From Selaginella moellendorffii (lineage: Eukaryota > Plantae > Lycopodiophyta): a stretch of 64,000 nucleotides of DNA. The position numbers were made by a program, and so were the translations under genes. The notes below the pieces were generated by a model. That model was not told the origin of the DNA and did no database searches. It saw only the letters and a list, made by a program, of their open reading frames with translations. Every line of letters begins with the position of its first letter. Positions within the stretch are counted from its first letter, which is position 1. The stretch spans positions 2,683,181-2,747,180 of the forward strand of contig NW_003314265.1 in the NCBI RefSeq assembly GCF_000143415.4. The letters run 5' to 3'. Shown piece by piece: positions 61,913 through 64,000 of this stretch.

Positions 61913-63993
61913 TCAGACTGTTATTTTTTGCCTCCAACGCCTATACAATAATCTTGGAATTTCATCACTCTCCACACTATCAGGATTTAAACCCAATAGT
62001 AATGCCATCTCTTCTCTAATACGTCCACGCTCATGTTCAGTGGTCGAAGAACCCATCCGGTTGAGCAGATTATGGAGATGCGGATAGTGCTTGGCTAGAC
62101 AATATACATGCCATAAATGATGACTGGTGTCTGTCCGATCAAATGGCTTCTGATATACCATTCCATCTGCCATTTGGTTGATTTCTACAGCCACCTCCTG
62201 GAATGGCCGGTTCTCTATCACCATCGCTTCAAGCCGTTTTGCAAGGTCCCCCAGAACATACGGTTTCTTCTCCCTAGTTTCCATACTGCAAGAGATGGGG
62301 TGCACTGCATATGTGTACGTGTTCGCTGCAGTTTTAATCGGTGAGTCATCGATGATGAGGATTTCACTTGACCTAGCAGTCCGGTTCATCACTACAGCCT
62401 CTGCCTTGACGAAGATGGGCTTGCTACCCCTCATATGGACCATAGTCAAGCAATCCTCCTGCGTTAGGAGAAAGTCAAATGGTAATATTACTCGCGTCTA
62501 ATCGTGCATCATCTGTAGCAACGTTAATGCATTGTGGCGCATCATGGATGTCCAAACTCCCAATTGCAAATTGAACCCAGCCCTTTGTTTTAAGTGTCGC
62601 ATGGTCATTATTAGATCCCGCAGTTTCTCCCGTGTGATTAATGTGAATCTGTCTCTTTTGACCAACTTGCGACCGCAGGCTTTGGAGGGTGCAGTGACAT
62701 TCGAGGACAAGCCACGCTCATGGGAGAAAAGGACACCGTTCAGATCAAAAACGATACAGTACTTTCGCCGTGACTCTGAAATGAAATGCGTCAGCATAAA
62801 AAATGGTACAAGTCAATTTTACCATCTACAATATTAGCGAATGGTGCTCCCGATGGTCGTTCAGAGGGTTTTGGTCGAGGAAACGTGAAGGGCGGAAATA
62901 CTCTCCTCTGCAATGTGGGGTCAATCGCATCCGATGGCGTGTGGGCACATGCCATTTCAGCTGTAGACTCTGGTACAACTGGCTCAACAGTGGCATGGGG
63001 TGGTTCCGATGGCGTGTGATCACACGCCATTTCAGTTGGTGCCTCCGTTGGCAAAGTGGACATGACCGAACAGGCAGCAGGGGCGGTGTAGGGAGGTTCC
63101 AATGGCACGTAGTCAGACGATTGGGCACACGTTGGAAATGAGGATACGATCGGCTTGGCGGCTGGGGCGGCCTCATGCGGGTCCAATGGCGCCTGGTCAC
63201 CGTCAGTTGGATACGTGGACAAGATTGACTCAGTGGTATGGGCAGCATCAAGTGGAGCGTGGTCAGCTTGCTTGGCGTTGATATGGATAGTAGCCTCCAC
63301 AAGCTCTGATGACTCTTGCAGGCAAGTAGAGTCCACTGGCGGATCCATATGCATGTCCAAATATCTCCCTTCGATTGAGATGGTATCCTCCCGTGCTACT
63401 AAAAACAAACTCATTAGCACATTGAATCGACTATATTGTATTTACCATCAACTGCTATTGAGGAACTAGGACCGATATCACTTGGGCGCACTGCTGATTC
63501 TGAAGGATTGGACATACGTTTCGACCCTTGCTTGGCACTATCCTTCCTCGACACTAAAGGCTAGAGTTTGTATCTTAATTCAACTGAATAATCTCTACTT
63601 ACCATTTCTTCTGCGACCTACATGGACAATGTTAGAAATGGTAAAAGGTTAGGAATGGATGTACTATTATTTACCTGATGGTTTGTCTTGTATGACCTTC
63701 CTCCGCTGCTCTTTGGCCACCTCAGGCTGGCCATCGTCATCATCATCGTCATCGTCGTTATTGTGATCGTCACCATTGTGAGGACCATCCAAGTCCTCTT
63801 CGTCCTCCTCTTCTTCATCCTCCTCTTCTTCGTCCTCCTCTTCTTTGTCCTCCTCTTCGTCCTTCTGCTCTTCCTGCTCATTATCTTTCTCTGGCTCCTC
63901 ATCCCCCTCTTGCATTTCTTCCATAGGCTGCTTAGGCTGGATGGCTTGTTTTTCTAGGACCATCTTGGGAAAATCATTTGGCCGAGTCTCCAT
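61913..63993 (-). pseudogene. FCP1/NIF-like HAD phosphatase-domain gene with an acidic and Pro-rich N-terminus; one in-frame TAG; 5' end may lie outside the window
   Basis: CIVFDLNGVL, GVWTSMMRHN, LLTQEDC, KPIFVK and ILIIDDSPIK are NIF-domain motifs. A 47-nt GT-AG intron at 62776-62822 joins the Pro-rich exon in frame. TAG at 62498-62500 splits two same-frame ORFs. Confidence 0.72.
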
Positions 63994-64000
63994 CTCAAAA

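Overview
Plant nuclear DNA, most likely the lycophyte Selaginella. This is inferred from GC-rich compact genes, 47-80 nt introns and PLS-type PPR genes; no database was consulted. The first ~30 kb is gene-dense. It holds an aldose 1-epimerase, a nuclear group II intron maturase (nMAT2-like) head-to-head with a P-loop ATPase, a NILR1-like LRR-RLK, and a six-exon membrane-protein gene that I assembled by hand. That gene's last exon is split by a 1068-bp TG...CA element with ~225-bp inverted arms and a 5-bp TSD. Next come a tandem duplication of a tRNA-Val/RING-H2 unit with one intact and one decayed copy, then DUF4864-like, SHOU4-like, WIYLD, nucleotide-sugar transporter, PPR and ribulosamine/fructosamine kinase genes. 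From ~30 kb the window is an AT-rich transposon graveyard. It contains pogo and Gypsy relics, an LRR-RLP pseudogene, a scrambled SWIM-finger element, a tandem Cassandra (5S-rRNA-bearing) TRIM array, and three further LTR families (called A, B and C here) nested in each other with recoverable TSDs. It ends with an FCP1/NIF-like phosphatase gene carrying one in-frame stop. The most unusual items are the inverted-arm element with an integrase-type TSD, the reciprocal B/C insertions into each other's priming sites, and the Cassandra array.
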